In this document: positions 34,540-45,846 of the stretch, piece by piece
Layout of the letters: every line of letters starts with the position of its first letter
How positions within the stretch are numbered: the first letter of the stretch is position 1
Assembly (NCBI GenBank): GCA_965246715.1
Contig: CBDFFH010000055.1
Coordinates: 147,024 to 211,023 of the forward strand
Reading direction: 5' to 3'
DNA from: Chamaesiphon sp.
Lineage (GTDB): Bacteria > Cyanobacteriota > Cyanobacteriia > Cyanobacteriales > Chamaesiphonaceae
DNA length: 64,000 nt
Made by a program: the position numbers and the translations under genes
The notes under the pieces: model-generated
The model's database searches: none
What the model saw: the letters and a program-made list of their open reading frames with translations, nothing else
What the model was told of the DNA's origin: nothing

Positions 34540-34575
34540 ATTCACTATTCACTGTTCACTGTTCACTATTCACTA
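34540..34575. repeat. heptamer tandem repeat (STRR-like)
   Basis: TTCACT(A/G) five times before atpC; another heptamer run (TAGCCAC) at about 2366-2387. Confidence 0.85.
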
Positions 34576-34581
34576 ATTTAT

Positions 34582-34989
34582 ATGACCTTAACTGTAAAAG
34601 TAATCGCTCCAGATAAAACCGTCTGGGATGGTAAAGCTGATGAAGTAATTTTACCCAGTACGACCGGACAAATCGGAATTTTGACTGGTCACGTATCCCT
34701 CGTCACTGCGTTGGATACAGCAGTAATGCGCGTCAAAACAGACAAAGATAAATGGACTCCGATCGCACTGATGGGTGGCTTTGCGGAAATTGAAAATGAT
34801 GAAGTTACCGTTTTAGTGAACGGTGCAGAATTGGGCGATAAAATCGATCGCGAGCAAGCTCAAAAAGCCTTTACAGAAGCAGAACAAAAATTAGCCGCCG
34901 TCCAAAATGGCAGCCCTCAAGACAAGATTCAAGCCAATCAAACATTCAAACGCGCTAGAGCGAGACTCCAAGCCTCCGGTGCTGCCTGA
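34582..34989 (+). CDS. atpC: ATP synthase F1 epsilon subunit
   Basis: LPSTTGQIGILTGH, MGGFAEI; follows atpD. Confidence 0.97.
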   Translation: MTLTVKVIAPDKTVWDGKADEVILPSTTGQIGILTGHVSLVTALDTAVMRVKTDKDKWTPIALMGGFAEIENDEVTVLVNGAELGDKIDREQAQKAFTEAEQKLAAVQNGSPQDKIQANQTFKRARARLQASGAA

Positions 34990-35096
34990 TTACAATGGTA
35001 ATTACGAACTAAAGCAGCAGTATGAAAACCCCTGAGAGTAGATCGATGGGGTTTTATACTTTGACGATCGATTCTAGTATTGTAGATGAGGTAAAA

Positions 35097-35570
35097 ATGA
35101 GTGCGATCGGGCGAATTTTCCGCAAGTTTAAGGCAATCCTCTCTGAAGATGAGAAGTTTTTAGAAACGATCGAAGATATCGAACGGATCGTCTCTAAAAT
35201 ATTATCGATCGGGATGATTGTCGTTACCTTCATTGCGATCGCCCATTTAAGCTATGCTTTAATCGACAAACTATTTCTGACAGTCGATCGACCCAGTAAT
35301 GAGAGCTTCAATACCACTTTATTCGAGCTATTTGGGTTATTTCTAAATGTTTTAATCGCGTTAGAAATCCTCGAAAATATTACGGCTTATCTGCGGAAAC
35401 ACACGATTCAGGTCGAACTAGTAATCGTCACCTCGCTCATCGCCGTGGCCAGAAAAATTATCATTCTCGACCTAGAGAAAAAAGGTAGTGACGATCTGAT
35501 TGCACTAGCTGTTGCAGTTCTTTCTTTATCTTTGGGTCTATTAATCGTACATCATACTACTAGAAAATAG
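35097..35570 (+). CDS. PsiE-family membrane protein
   Basis: VLIALEILENI...LIAVARKIIILD; GAGG RBS before ATG 35097. Confidence 0.85.
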   Translation: MSAIGRIFRKFKAILSEDEKFLETIEDIERIVSKILSIGMIVVTFIAIAHLSYALIDKLFLTVDRPSNESFNTTLFELFGLFLNVLIALEILENITAYLRKHTIQVELVIVTSLIAVARKIIILDLEKKGSDDLIALAVAVLSLSLGLLIVHHTTRK

Positions 35571-35672
35571 GATGGCGGTGCCCAGGAGCGACTGCGGGCT
35601 GGTGGCTAGAGAATGAAACAATCTCTTTATCAAACCAGCATCATCATAGTCAATCCAAAATCCAAAATAATC

Positions 35673-36380
35673 CTACTCGTTAGTCCCAGGGGGCGCTATT
35701 ACCCGCGTACCGCCAGGAACCAAGCGCTGCGGCTTGCCCAAATCGGCGGGAATCCGATAGACCGGACGACGACGAAAGATCGGCGCAGTTTCTTCTACAT
35801 TAGGCTTAATTTGGCGATCGCGCGACGGAGTTACTGGAGCTGGCGATTGTTGGATCGTACCAGAAGCAGGTGAATTTACGCCTTTGGCACCAGTAAGATT
35901 GGCATCAGAGAGGTTGAGCGCAGTGAGATTGGCACCCGTGAAGTCAGCTAGGGCTAGGTTCGCACTACCTAAGTTAGTATTGCGGAGGATGGCGCGGCTG
36001 AAATTGGTATTCACGAGATTGGCATAAGTTAGATCGGTATTGGTAAGATTAGTGCCGATAAAATTGACATCGATCGCACTTACTGCTTGGAGGACGGCTT
36101 GGGAGAGATTGGTATTACTTAGATCTGCGCCGGTTAGATTGGCTCCACCCAATTTTGCACCAGTTAAATTCGTACTCGTCAACTTTGCACCGACTAAATT
36201 AGCCGCCTGGAGATCGGCATTTACCAATTGTTTGCGACTGAGATCTGCGCCACTGAGATCGCAACCTACACATTTATTAGTAGAAATTAACTTGTTGAGA
36301 TCTGCCGTGCTATAAGCATGAGCAACAGGCACGATCGTGATTTGGAGTGCGATGCAGCACAAATAAAAATGGCACTTCAT
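35673..36380 (-). CDS. pentapeptide repeat protein with signal peptide
   Basis: CVGCDLSGADLS followed by many A(N/D)Lxx repeats. Confidence 0.92.
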   Translation of the reverse strand: MKCHFYLCCIALQITIVPVAHAYSTADLNKLISTNKCVGCDLSGADLSRKQLVNADLQAANLVGAKLTSTNLTGAKLGGANLTGADLSNTNLSQAVLQAVSAIDVNFIGTNLTNTDLTYANLVNTNFSRAILRNTNLGSANLALADFTGANLTALNLSDANLTGAKGVNSPASGTIQQSPAPVTPSRDRQIKPNVEETAPIFRRRPVYRIPADLGKPQRLVPGGTRVIAPPGTNE

Positions 36381-36499
36381 TTAAATTCTAAATAATAAAT
36401 TATGCAATTTGAGAAGTGAGAGAGTGCGAAAATTAGGCGGAGATATGACCCGCCCCTCACTAGAGGAAAATTTATTTACTGTTCTCTAGTCCCTACATA

Positions 36500-38224
36500 T
36501 TACATGAAGCTATAAATCTTCTGAAGTTCCAATTCAGTGCTAAGTGTTGATGGTAATTGGGATTTGGGATAAGTATGTCGATCGAGATGTGTTTGTAATC
36601 CAATGAGTGGATCTGGGCCATTGGCGACCATAAATTCTAAGCGAGTGACTTGAGGCATTTTTGCGATCGCATCGAGAATTTGGAAGATTGCTTGGACGTA
36701 AGGGTGATTATTATCTTTATACCAACCCTCGATCGCTAGATTTGCCTGATCGAAACCGAGATGGAATGCTAGCGATGGTGTCCCAAAGATCGCGACACCG
36801 ACTGGTCGAGCTTCCTCCTTCAACAGGAGGTGGCTAGCCTCTGCTAGGTGGCGTAGTTTGTCCAATCGCTCGTACCGCGCTGTAACCTCTAGCGGTTCTT
36901 CATTCCAGGTGATTCCTACCGTCACCAGATAGGTTTGAAGTAGCATGTGTCCGAGTTTCTCAGCTTTGGTAGCTAGATAGTCATTGTTATAGTCATTAGC
37001 TTCGATCAACAAGGGGACGCGCCCGACAACCTCCAAGCCATAACCTTTAAGTCCAGCGATTTTGCGTGGATTATTCGTGATCAGGCGAATTTTATTCACC
37101 CCTAGATCGTTAAGAACTTGGGCACCGACACCATAATTTCGTAAGTCTGCGGGGAAGCCGAGGCGATTGTTCGCTTCGACGGTATCTAGCCCCATATCTT
37201 GGAGTGAGTAAGCTTTAAGCTTATTAATCAATCCGATCCCGCGTCCTTCTTGTCGTAGATAGACGACTACGCCTTCACCCGCATGTTCGATCGTTTTGAG
37301 GGCGGCTTGGAGTTGGAGCCGACAGTCACAGCGCAGCGAACCGAGGGCATCGCCAGTGAGACATTCGGAGTGCATCCGCACCATAATCGGTTTGTCGGCA
37401 AAATTTGCCGGATCGCCTTTGACGATCGCGACTGTTTCAGTATTATCTAATAGGTTCCGGTAGCCATAGATATTAAACTGTCCGAATTGGCTGGGGAGTT
37501 TGGTAATCGCCTCGCGCAACACAAATCTGTCGTGCTGGAGACGATAACTAATCAGATCCGCGATGCTGATGATTTTTAGATCGTGCGTCTGTGCGTAAGT
37601 AACTAGATCGCCCAATCTGGCCATCGAGCCGTTAGGATTTTGAATTTCGCAAATCACCCCCGCTGGAGCCAAGCCAGCCAGCCGCGCTAAATCGACTGCG
37701 GCTTCAGTATGTCCCGCCCGTTTCAATACCCCACCTGCGCGCGCGCGCAGGGGAAAAATATGACCGGGACGACGGAGATCTTCGGGTTGGGTATTTGGAT
37801 CGATCGCGAGTTGAATCGTGCGCGTGCGATCTTCCGCCGAAATCCCCGTACTTACACCTAGCTGCGGACTCGCATCGATACTGACAGTAAACGCCGTCTG
37901 ATTGGGGTCGGTGTTATTCGATACCATCAAGGGTAAATCCAATCGATCTAGTACCTCGCCAGTCATGGCGACACAAATCAGACCCCGCGCATGGACAGCC
38001 ATAAAATTAATCTGGTCGGGAGTGACTGTTTGGGCAGCACAAATCAGATCTCCCTCATTTTCACGATTTTCATCATCTACCACCACGACCATTTTGCCCG
38101 CTGCAAAGTCCTTGAGGGCAGTATCGATCGCGTCAAACTCAAATTTCGACAGGTCAGTAGAAGAAGTTGCTATCACAGATCGCTCAAATGTTGGTAAACT
38201 ATATAGTCCACTATGGGAATTCAC
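36500..38224 (-). CDS. ribBA: bifunctional DHBP synthase / GTP cyclohydrolase II
   Basis: DDENRENEGD, RAGHTEA, RMHSECLTGD, RCDC, RQEGRGIGL. Confidence 0.97.
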   Translation of the reverse strand: MNSHSGLYSLPTFERSVIATSSTDLSKFEFDAIDTALKDFAAGKMVVVVDDENRENEGDLICAAQTVTPDQINFMAVHARGLICVAMTGEVLDRLDLPLMVSNNTDPNQTAFTVSIDASPQLGVSTGISAEDRTRTIQLAIDPNTQPEDLRRPGHIFPLRARAGGVLKRAGHTEAAVDLARLAGLAPAGVICEIQNPNGSMARLGDLVTYAQTHDLKIISIADLISYRLQHDRFVLREAITKLPSQFGQFNIYGYRNLLDNTETVAIVKGDPANFADKPIMVRMHSECLTGDALGSLRCDCRLQLQAALKTIEHAGEGVVVYLRQEGRGIGLINKLKAYSLQDMGLDTVEANNRLGFPADLRNYGVGAQVLNDLGVNKIRLITNNPRKIAGLKGYGLEVVGRVPLLIEANDYNNDYLATKAEKLGHMLLQTYLVTVGITWNEEPLEVTARYERLDKLRHLAEASHLLLKEEARPVGVAIFGTPSLAFHLGFDQANLAIEGWYKDNNHPYVQAIFQILDAIAKMPQVTRLEFMVANGPDPLIGLQTHLDRHTYPKSQLPSTLSTELELQKIYSFM

Positions 38225-38374
38225 AATTCAGACTTCGACTCAGTTCGGCTATATTCACTACTAGCCGCTAGATCGCCAAAGGTCGAAGTGTCTGCTGAAT
38301 TTCTGTCTTGAATTAGTTGGTGTTTCCCGATGGTGGAGATGTTGCTAATTCTTATTATATAGGTCATAAGATTC

Positions 38375-39433
38375 ATGGGTGAGCAAAACCGCCTGCAAGT
38401 TGGGATCGTCGGTGCGTCGGGTTATGGCGGTGTCCAATTGGTGCGCTTGCTGCAAGACCATCCAGAGATAGAAATTGTGTATTTAGGTGGGGATAGTAGT
38501 GCGGGTAAAAAGTTCGCCGATTTGTATCCCCATCTGGCTCACGCTGTCGATTTGACGATCGAGCGCATAGATATCGATGTGATTGCCGATCGCTGTCAGG
38601 CGGTCTTTCTCGCCCTGCCTAACGGCTTAGCCTGCGAGATGGCACCGAAATTAATCGCCAAAGGTTGTCGCGTCCTCGATCTCTCCGCCGATTATCGGTT
38701 TACCGATCTCGATGTCTATACCCAGTGGTACAAAATTCCGCGTACCGATCGCGATACAGCGGCAATGGCGGTCTATGGCTTGCCCGAACTCTATCGATCG
38801 AAACTCCGCACTGCCAAGCTCGTCGGCTGCCCTGGTTGCTATCCAACTGCCAGTCTCCTCGCCCTCTCGCCTCTGCTCAGACAGGGATTGATCGATCCAG
38901 ACACCGCGATCGTCGATGCCAAATCCGGCACCTCTGGCGGCGGCAGACAAGCGAAAACTAACTTACTCCTAGCCGAAGCCGATAATACGATCGGAGCCTA
39001 TAGCGTCGCCGGACACCGGCATACACCCGAAATCGAGCAAGTGTGTAGCGATCTCGCTAGTCATGAGGTCAAAGTCCAATTTACGCCGCATCTGATGCCC
39101 ATGGCACGCGGTATTTTGGCAACCGTCTATGCGACGATTCGCGATCCAGGATTGGTAACAGAAGATCTGATTACCATCTACAAAGCCTTCTACCGCTCCT
39201 CTCCCTTTGTCAAAATCTTGGATGGTGGCATCTATCCGCAGACGAAGTGGGCAGCCAGCACCAATCTCTGTTACATCGGATTAGAAGTCGATGCCCGCAC
39301 TGGGCGGGTAATTGTCATGTCAGCGATCGATAATTTGATCAAAGGACAAGCCGGACAAGCCGTACAGTGTCTGAATGCCATGATGGGCTGGGACGAAACG
39401 CTCGGCTTACCACAGCTGAGTTTCTATCCCTAA
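38375..39433 (+). CDS. argC: N-acetyl-gamma-glutamyl-phosphate reductase
   Basis: [32 protein letters not shown]. Confidence 0.97.
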   Translation: MGEQNRLQVGIVGASGYGGVQLVRLLQDHPEIEIVYLGGDSSAGKKFADLYPHLAHAVDLTIERIDIDVIADRCQAVFLALPNGLACEMAPKLIAKGCRVLDLSADYRFTDLDVYTQWYKIPRTDRDTAAMAVYGLPELYRSKLRTAKLVGCPGCYPTASLLALSPLLRQGLIDPDTAIVDAKSGTSGGGRQAKTNLLLAEADNTIGAYSVAGHRHTPEIEQVCSDLASHEVKVQFTPHLMPMARGILATVYATIRDPGLVTEDLITIYKAFYRSSPFVKILDGGIYPQTKWAASTNLCYIGLEVDARTGRVIVMSAIDNLIKGQAGQAVQCLNAMMGWDETLGLPQLSFYP

Positions 39434-39600
39434 GCATCGCCATGTCGATGACCACACTGGGCGGGTAATTGTCATGTCCGCGATCGATAATTCGCTCGAA
39501 GGACAAGCCGGACAAGCGGTGCAATGTCTGAATGCAATGATGGGCTGGGACGAAACGCTTGGCTCACCACAGCGGAGTTTCTATCCCTAAACATCGCCCA
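39287..39600 (+). repeat. 157-bp tandem duplication of the argC 3' end
   Basis: 39287-39443 repeated with substitutions at 39444-39600, including the stop codon. Confidence 0.93.
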
Positions 39601-39649
39601 TATAATGAAAGGACGAGCATACTTGTAGCTGCCAGCTTTTGGAGGTCTT

Positions 39650-40249
39650 ATGACGATTGCGGTCGATCGAGAAACCGAGACTTTACCACTGAACATCGGC
39701 ACTGTTAAGTTTACAGCGGAACAGTTCGAGCAATTGTGTGTGGCTAATCCAGATCGATCGCTAGAACTCACTGCCCAAGGAGAATTAATCGTTATGCCCC
39801 CAGTCGGTGGAGAAAGTGGCAGTTATGAGTCAGAAATAGATATCGATCTAGGGATCTGGAATCGAACTGCTAAATTAGGTAAGACTTTCAGTTCTTCGAC
39901 CTTGTTCGTTTTACCTGATGGCAGTCGCAAATCGCCTGATGTTGCATGGGTCGAACTGTCCCGCTGGGAAGTTCTAACAAGGGAAGAACGCAAGAAATTT
40001 CTCTTATTGGCACCAGATTTTGTCATTGAGTTGAGATTTGAAACAGATCGATTACCACCACTTCAGTCGAAAATGCTAGAGTATCGAGCTAATGGTGTTC
40101 GGCTGGGATGGCTTATCGATCCTCAGCAACAGCAGGTAGAAATCTATCGTGTAGGGCAGGAAGTAGAAGTATTGCGATCGCCAACTTCTCTAAGCGGCGA
40201 AAATGTATTACCTGGATTTGTACTCGATCTGACAAAGATCTGGTTATAG
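39650..40249 (+). CDS. Uma2 family endonuclease
   Basis: SPDVAWV, APDFVIEL, GVRLGWLIDP. Confidence 0.9.
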   Translation: MTIAVDRETETLPLNIGTVKFTAEQFEQLCVANPDRSLELTAQGELIVMPPVGGESGSYESEIDIDLGIWNRTAKLGKTFSSSTLFVLPDGSRKSPDVAWVELSRWEVLTREERKKFLLLAPDFVIELRFETDRLPPLQSKMLEYRANGVRLGWLIDPQQQQVEIYRVGQEVEVLRSPTSLSGENVLPGFVLDLTKIWL

Positions 40250-40389
40250 ATTCGTCTGGGTTGCTGTCTGGGCTAGCAATTGAAATTAATGCTGTCGGCA
40301 ATGTCCACTTTAAGGTCGCATCTTAGCCATTTAGATTTTAATTGGCTTGCCATTCCGTAATTGATTTTGCGAAAATTTCAATATACTCT

Positions 40390-40740
40390 TTAGACTCCCA
40401 GCTGCGAATCCCAATTTGAATTAATTAGTATTTCACTAATACGCCTTAACACCTCGGGATTGTATACGAGTTTAGCTCGCCAGTTGTTAATCCATGAGGA
40501 TCTCACGACCATGGTATGGGTTTTAAACTGTTTTGAACCACAATGTCGGCCAATTACGAGAATTTTTTCGTAGCCATCGCCCCAGTGAGGAGGCAAACAA
40601 TACACCTTGGTACCAGGTGAAAAGTGTATTGTACCGCAACGCTTTTCCTCACTACCTTCTCCATACGATCTCTCTTCAACTATGTTACCAACAAGGCACC
40701 ATTGCGATTCTTGTGTTTCAGATATTGCAGCTTTACCCAT
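40390..40740 (-). CDS. hypothetical protein, possibly frameshifted near its 3' end
   Basis: 116-aa ORF; a shifted frame continues ESKEYIEIFAKSITEWQAN*. Confidence 0.5.
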   Translation of the reverse strand: MGKAAISETQESQWCLVGNIVEERSYGEGSEEKRCGTIHFSPGTKVYCLPPHWGDGYEKILVIGRHCGSKQFKTHTMVVRSSWINNWRAKLVYNPEVLRRISEILINSNWDSQLGV

Positions 40741-41067
40741 CGAATTTGTATCAAATAAGTTATTACTCTAGAACACCATCGATTGTTAGCCCAACATACA
40801 TCCCTTCAAACCAACTAACTATCATTGGGATTCCACAAGTAGGGAGATTTGATGATTTATTTGGGGCATCTGTCGCTCGAATCGCTACAGAGGTGTGGTT
40901 AGTTTACCCATATTCCTAAAAAATCATGCAAGCTCGCTAAAAATAAAAACTACCTAGTAACTAACGTACTAAAATAGATAGCTAGATTCGTTAAATTACT
41001 CGATCTCAGTTTCTCTGATGAGTTAAAATTAAATTTATCAGAAATATTTACCTTGGGAGCGCTCGGG

Positions 41068-41685
41068 ATGGTTGCCGCCTTACAACAGAAACCGCTGACC
41101 TTTGAGGAATTTTTTGCTAGATATGGTGATGATAATCGCTACGAACTAATCGATGGAGAGGTATTCGATTTGGAACCGACTGGCAAGCATGAGGAAATTG
41201 TCGCTTTCATAGATCGAAAACTTAATGTTCGGATCGATAATCTAGAACTACCTTATTTTGTGCTCCAACGCGGCATCATCAAACTTCTGGGCGATCGGAT
41301 TGGGTTTCGACCGGATATTATGGTTGTGGATGAATCTGTCTTAACCAGCGAACCGTTGTGGGCGAAAGAGTCGATTCTTACATTAGGTAGCTCGATTAAA
41401 TTTGTAGCTGAAGTCGTCAGTAGCAACTGGCAAAATGATTATGCTCGGAAGGTTGAGGACTATGCTCTATTGGGTATTCCTGAATACTGGATTGTCGATT
41501 ATGCTGCTCTGGGAGGCGTAGAATTTATCGGTCGCCCCAAACAGCCTACTTTGACTATCTGCACTTTGGGCAATGATGGTTACTATGACAAGCTTTGTCT
41601 GCGAGGTAACGACCCAGTTATTTCACCCACTTTCTCAGGACTAAATCTCACCGCCGAGCTAGTTTTGATGGCTGGCAAGTCTTGA
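41068..41685 (+). CDS. Uma2 family endonuclease
   Basis: RYELIDG, RPDIMV, VAEVVS, GIPEYWIVD. Confidence 0.9.
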   Translation: MVAALQQKPLTFEEFFARYGDDNRYELIDGEVFDLEPTGKHEEIVAFIDRKLNVRIDNLELPYFVLQRGIIKLLGDRIGFRPDIMVVDESVLTSEPLWAKESILTLGSSIKFVAEVVSSNWQNDYARKVEDYALLGIPEYWIVDYAALGGVEFIGRPKQPTLTICTLGNDGYYDKLCLRGNDPVISPTFSGLNLTAELVLMAGKS

Positions 41686-41702
41686 ATTCTAGCGATCGAT
41701 TT

Positions 41703-42287
41703 TCATCTAAAATCTCTCGACAATTCAACTTTATTGACTAAGCTCAGTACCTGTAACCTGGCGGCATATCGAGTCGATCGATCTCCCAAAAATTCAGCTT
41801 GACTCAGGGCAGATTTGAGTAATTGCCGTGCGGTGTCACGATCGTAACCAAATTCGACCGCTAGCTCGATCGCGTCTCGATCGGCGGTAGTGAGCTGGCG
41901 TAAATGCTGTTCGCCTAATTGATTCTGATAAATGCGGAAGCCTGCTAATCCAGCAACTAATAGTGCTGAAACTAACATCCCAATATTTTGAGTAGTCGCC
42001 AGATCGATTAAGCTGAGGCTCAAGCCTGCGATGAGTGCGATATATGTCGATCGATTACCAACGATCGTGCCATTCTCGATCCGGGCGAGTTCGTGCCAAA
42101 ATAACAAATTTTGCAAGTCTACATCGATCGATCGCCATTGACGTAGAGCGACTTGAATTAGATATCGATCGCGCTTTATTCTGTAGATCGTCAATAGCTT
42201 GGCCTTGGGATCGGTAGCGCGCTCGATCGTTACGGTCGAGCGCAATCGATCGGGAATTAACGATTGCAATCTGATGATTTCCAGCAT
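41703..42287 (-). CDS. DUF3318-like cyanobacterial membrane protein
   Basis: LLFWHELARI, two TM segments, ADRDAIELAVEFGY. Confidence 0.7.
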   Translation of the reverse strand: MLEIIRLQSLIPDRLRSTVTIERATDPKAKLLTIYRIKRDRYLIQVALRQWRSIDVDLQNLLFWHELARIENGTIVGNRSTYIALIAGLSLSLIDLATTQNIGMLVSALLVAGLAGFRIYQNQLGEQHLRQLTTADRDAIELAVEFGYDRDTARQLLKSALSQAEFLGDRSTRYAARLQVLSLVNKVELSRDFR

Positions 42288-42318
42288 TCTTTATTCGCGC
42301 TCGTAAGATTTATTCTTT

Positions 42319-42490
42319 TGTTACTTCAGATACAAAACTAGTGAAATTAAATCCATACTAGCTGTAAATTAAAATAATATTTTATTTTATTTTAATATGT
42401 AGCTAAACTGACAAAATTGTCTGAATTACTGGCGTGTTTGAATTGAAGAGTAATTCTAATTATTTTTAAAGGAATGTATAGCCATACACA
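42319..42490. promoter_or_regulatory. three NtcA-like sites
   Basis: TGT-N10-ACA at 42319-42334, 42398-42413 and 42475-42490. Confidence 0.65.
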
Positions 42491-42685
42491 ATAAGCAGCA
42501 ATCAGCTAGTTAATAATTACCTACATACCAGAGAATCTTAGTAATTCAACTGGACTAGTTTTACACAACTTTGAATACTAACTTCATGACTTGCAAAGCA
42601 TTAATTTGCTCTGTCACAGTGTCATATTATCAGTAGTCGATTTGGGCTAATGTAGTCGACCGTCAATTAATCAAGGACAATCTTA

Positions 42686-44329
42686 ATGACTAGAGATGGC
42701 ACCGCACTGGCAAAACTAGAAAAATCCAAAAGACATTATAACTCTTGGGTTGTTAATGAAACATTAGAAGATTATTCATTGCGTTATGCACCGCGATCGT
42801 TTCGGCGCTGGTCGGAATTTACCGTAGCAAATACTGCATTGGGTGGTATTTCTTATCTGGCAGATTTTGCGATCGGCGGTTCGATCGCGATTAGTTCGGG
42901 ATTCGCCAATTCTTTCTGGGCGATTATGATTTCGGCAGTCATCATCTTTGTCACGGGATTGCCGATCTCTTACTATGCGGCTAGATATAACATCGATATG
43001 GACTTGCTCACTAGAGGAGCGGGTTTTGGCTATATCGGATCGACGCTAACTTCAGTGATTTATGCCTCCTTTTGCTTTATTTTCTTCGCACTCGAAGGCG
43101 CGATTATGGCACAAGCACTGGAGCTGTACTTTCACCTGCCACTGGCTTGGGGCTATTTCATTTGTACGATTGCCATTTTCCCGCTGGTGGTATTTGGGAT
43201 GACCCTGCTGGCTACCCTTCAAGTCTGGACGCAACCATTATGGTTATTAGGCATGTTCGCTCCCTGGTTTGCGGTGTGGATGAAAGACCCCACTACTTGG
43301 TCTACTTGGTTTAACTTCGCCGGAAAATCGCCGAGTGGTGCTAACTTTAATCTATTGCTGTGTGCGACTGGTGCGGGTGTCGCGCTCTCGCTGATCGCCC
43401 AAATCGGAGAACAGGTGGATTACCTAAGATTTATGCCCGACTTGACCCCACAGAATAAAGGTAAATGGTGGTGGGCCGTAATTCTAGCTGGCCCAGGTTG
43501 GGTCATCTTGGGCGCATGGAAACAATGTGCTGGAGCCTTCTTTACTGCTATCGCGGTTAGGAATGGTGTCGATATCGCCAAAGCTAACGAACCGATTCAA
43601 ATGTATATCGAGGGTTTTAAGGTCATCTTTAGCAACCCAGTTGTATATTTAGCGGTGGCGACATTCTTCGTGATTTTGTCTCAAGTCAAAATCAATGTTA
43701 CCAACGCCTATTCAGGTTCCCTCTCCTGGTCGAATTTCTTCTCCCGCCTCACTCACGCTCACCCTGGGAGAGTAGTTTGGCTGGTATTTCACCTAATTAT
43801 CGCCTTGGCGCTACAGGAGTTTGGTTTGTTCGATGTATTGTTATGGGTCTTAGGATTTTACTCCAACGTGGCGATCGCGTGGGTCGGTGCCCTAGTTGCT
43901 GACTTGGTAGTCAATAAACCGCTCGGACTCAGCCCATCCTACATCGAATTCAAACGGGCGCATTTATATAATTTCAATCCAGTCGGCTTCGGTTCGATGG
44001 TCATCGCTTCGGTAATTTCGGTAATTGCCTTCTTCGGTGTAATGGGGCCAGCCGCTCAAGCTTTCTCGACCTTTATCGCTCTGGGTGTAGCATTCATTCT
44101 CTCACCGATTATCGCGATCGCGACCAAAGGAAAGTATTACATCGCCAGAAAAGACGAACACTTTCACGAAAATCCTAATATCGTCGGTCTAACTGGCTGT
44201 TCGATTTGTGAGTATGAATACGAACGTGAAGACATGGCTTATTGTCCGGTCTATCAAGGCGCGATCTGTTCCCTCTGTTGTAGTCTGGACGCTCAATGCC
44301 ACGATGCTTGTAAAGCAGTGCCAGCCTAG
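42686..44329 (+). CDS. NCS1/purine-cytosine-permease-like membrane protein with Cys-rich tail
   Basis: ETLEDYSLRY, DMDLLTRGAGFG, about 12 TM segments, C-terminal CSIC...CPVYQGAICSLCCSLDAQCHDAC. Confidence 0.8.
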   Translation: MTRDGTALAKLEKSKRHYNSWVVNETLEDYSLRYAPRSFRRWSEFTVANTALGGISYLADFAIGGSIAISSGFANSFWAIMISAVIIFVTGLPISYYAARYNIDMDLLTRGAGFGYIGSTLTSVIYASFCFIFFALEGAIMAQALELYFHLPLAWGYFICTIAIFPLVVFGMTLLATLQVWTQPLWLLGMFAPWFAVWMKDPTTWSTWFNFAGKSPSGANFNLLLCATGAGVALSLIAQIGEQVDYLRFMPDLTPQNKGKWWWAVILAGPGWVILGAWKQCAGAFFTAIAVRNGVDIAKANEPIQMYIEGFKVIFSNPVVYLAVATFFVILSQVKINVTNAYSGSLSWSNFFSRLTHAHPGRVVWLVFHLIIALALQEFGLFDVLLWVLGFYSNVAIAWVGALVADLVVNKPLGLSPSYIEFKRAHLYNFNPVGFGSMVIASVISVIAFFGVMGPAAQAFSTFIALGVAFILSPIIAIATKGKYYIARKDEHFHENPNIVGLTGCSICEYEYEREDMAYCPVYQGAICSLCCSLDAQCHDACKAVPA

Positions 44330-44522
44330 TATCCTCGCTTAATTCGCCTTCCCGGAGAGGTGCCCGATAGAGTTAGTCCCCGAAGGCGGACTTTGTATCA
44401 CTAGCGGCGAGTTCAGTCGCTAGCAGTTTTTAACCGATAAGTATAGGGGCGGGGTGGGTTCCGGATTTAACCCACCCCTGTCCCTCCGCAGAGAATAAGA
44501 GAACACTTATCCCCTCAAACCC

Positions 44523-45725
44523 ATGCCCAAAACCTTATTTCAAGTCGATCTGACCAAACCGATGGACAAGCAGGAATTGCCAGGACACAACCGCTGGCAC
44601 CCAGAGATTCCGGCTGTTGTCTCCGTCAACCCTGGCGATATCTTTCGGATCGAATGTAAAGACTGGACGGACGGGCAAATAAAAAATAATGATAGCCCCG
44701 ATGATATTCGGGATGTCGATCTGACTGTCGTTCACGTTTTGAGCGGCCCGATTTGGGTCAATGGTGCCGAACCCGGCGATATTTTAGTAGTAGATATCCT
44801 CGATATCGGCGCACTTCAAGGCGATGAATGGGGCTTTACTGGAATCTTTGATAAAAAGAATGGGGGCGGTTTCCTGACCGACCATTTCCCCAATCCCGCT
44901 AAAGCCATATGGGATCTAGAAGGGATTTATACCAAGTCTCGCCACATTCCTGGCGTTCGCTTTGCGGGTATCACCCACCCTGGCTTGATCGGTTGTGCGC
45001 CTTCCCACGAACTACTCGCGACTTGGAATAAACGCGAAAAAGAACTGATGGATACGCAACCCGACAGGCGTACCTATGGAGCTGGATTTGCTGGTGAAGT
45101 ACCTGTGCTGGCTGCCTTGCCCAATCCTACCAATGCCATTTTAGGGACATTGTCTGGAGCTGATTTCGATCGAGTGGCCGCCGAAGCCGCGCGTACCGTA
45201 CCGCCGCGCGAACATGGTGGCAACTGCGACATCAAAAATCTTTCCAAAGGCACCAAGATTTATTTCCCCGTCTATGTCGAAGGGGCGAAATTATCCATGG
45301 GCGATATTCACTTTTCCCAAGGTGACGGTGAAATCTCCTTCTGCGGCGCGATCGAAATGTCGGGCTACATCGACCTCCATGTCGAAATTATCAAAGGTGG
45401 GGTCGAGAAATATGCGATGATCAATCCCATTTTCAAGCCGGGGCCAGTCGAACCGCATTACTCGGAATACCTGATCTTTGAAGGTATTTCTGTCGATGAG
45501 ATGGGTAAACAATACTTTATGGACGTGCATATCGCCTACCGTCGCGCCTGTCTCAACGCGATCGAATATCTCAAAAAATTTGGCTTCACTGGCGAACAAG
45601 CTTATCTCCTGCTAAGTTGCGCCCCAGTTGAAGGCCGGGTCAGCGGGATTGTTGATATTCCCAATGCTTGTTGTACGGTAGCAATTCCCACAGCAATTTT
45701 TGACAGGAATATTTTGCCTGTTTGA
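44523..45725 (+). CDS. fmdA: formamidase (FmdA/AmdA family)
   Basis: HNRWHP, DWTDGQI, HGGNCD, GDIHFSQGDGE, VDIPNAC. Confidence 0.95.
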   Translation: MPKTLFQVDLTKPMDKQELPGHNRWHPEIPAVVSVNPGDIFRIECKDWTDGQIKNNDSPDDIRDVDLTVVHVLSGPIWVNGAEPGDILVVDILDIGALQGDEWGFTGIFDKKNGGGFLTDHFPNPAKAIWDLEGIYTKSRHIPGVRFAGITHPGLIGCAPSHELLATWNKREKELMDTQPDRRTYGAGFAGEVPVLAALPNPTNAILGTLSGADFDRVAAEAARTVPPREHGGNCDIKNLSKGTKIYFPVYVEGAKLSMGDIHFSQGDGEISFCGAIEMSGYIDLHVEIIKGGVEKYAMINPIFKPGPVEPHYSEYLIFEGISVDEMGKQYFMDVHIAYRRACLNAIEYLKKFGFTGEQAYLLLSCAPVEGRVSGIVDIPNACCTVAIPTAIFDRNILPV

Positions 45726-45846
45726 GGTTATTGCTTGGGTGGGGCGGGTTTTGCACTAGATTTATATTGCTGCGATCGACCCGCCTCAATAGTACCTGAC
45801 AAACCCGCTGCCCGATCGCCGAATAGCTCACTAAGCACTAATAAAT

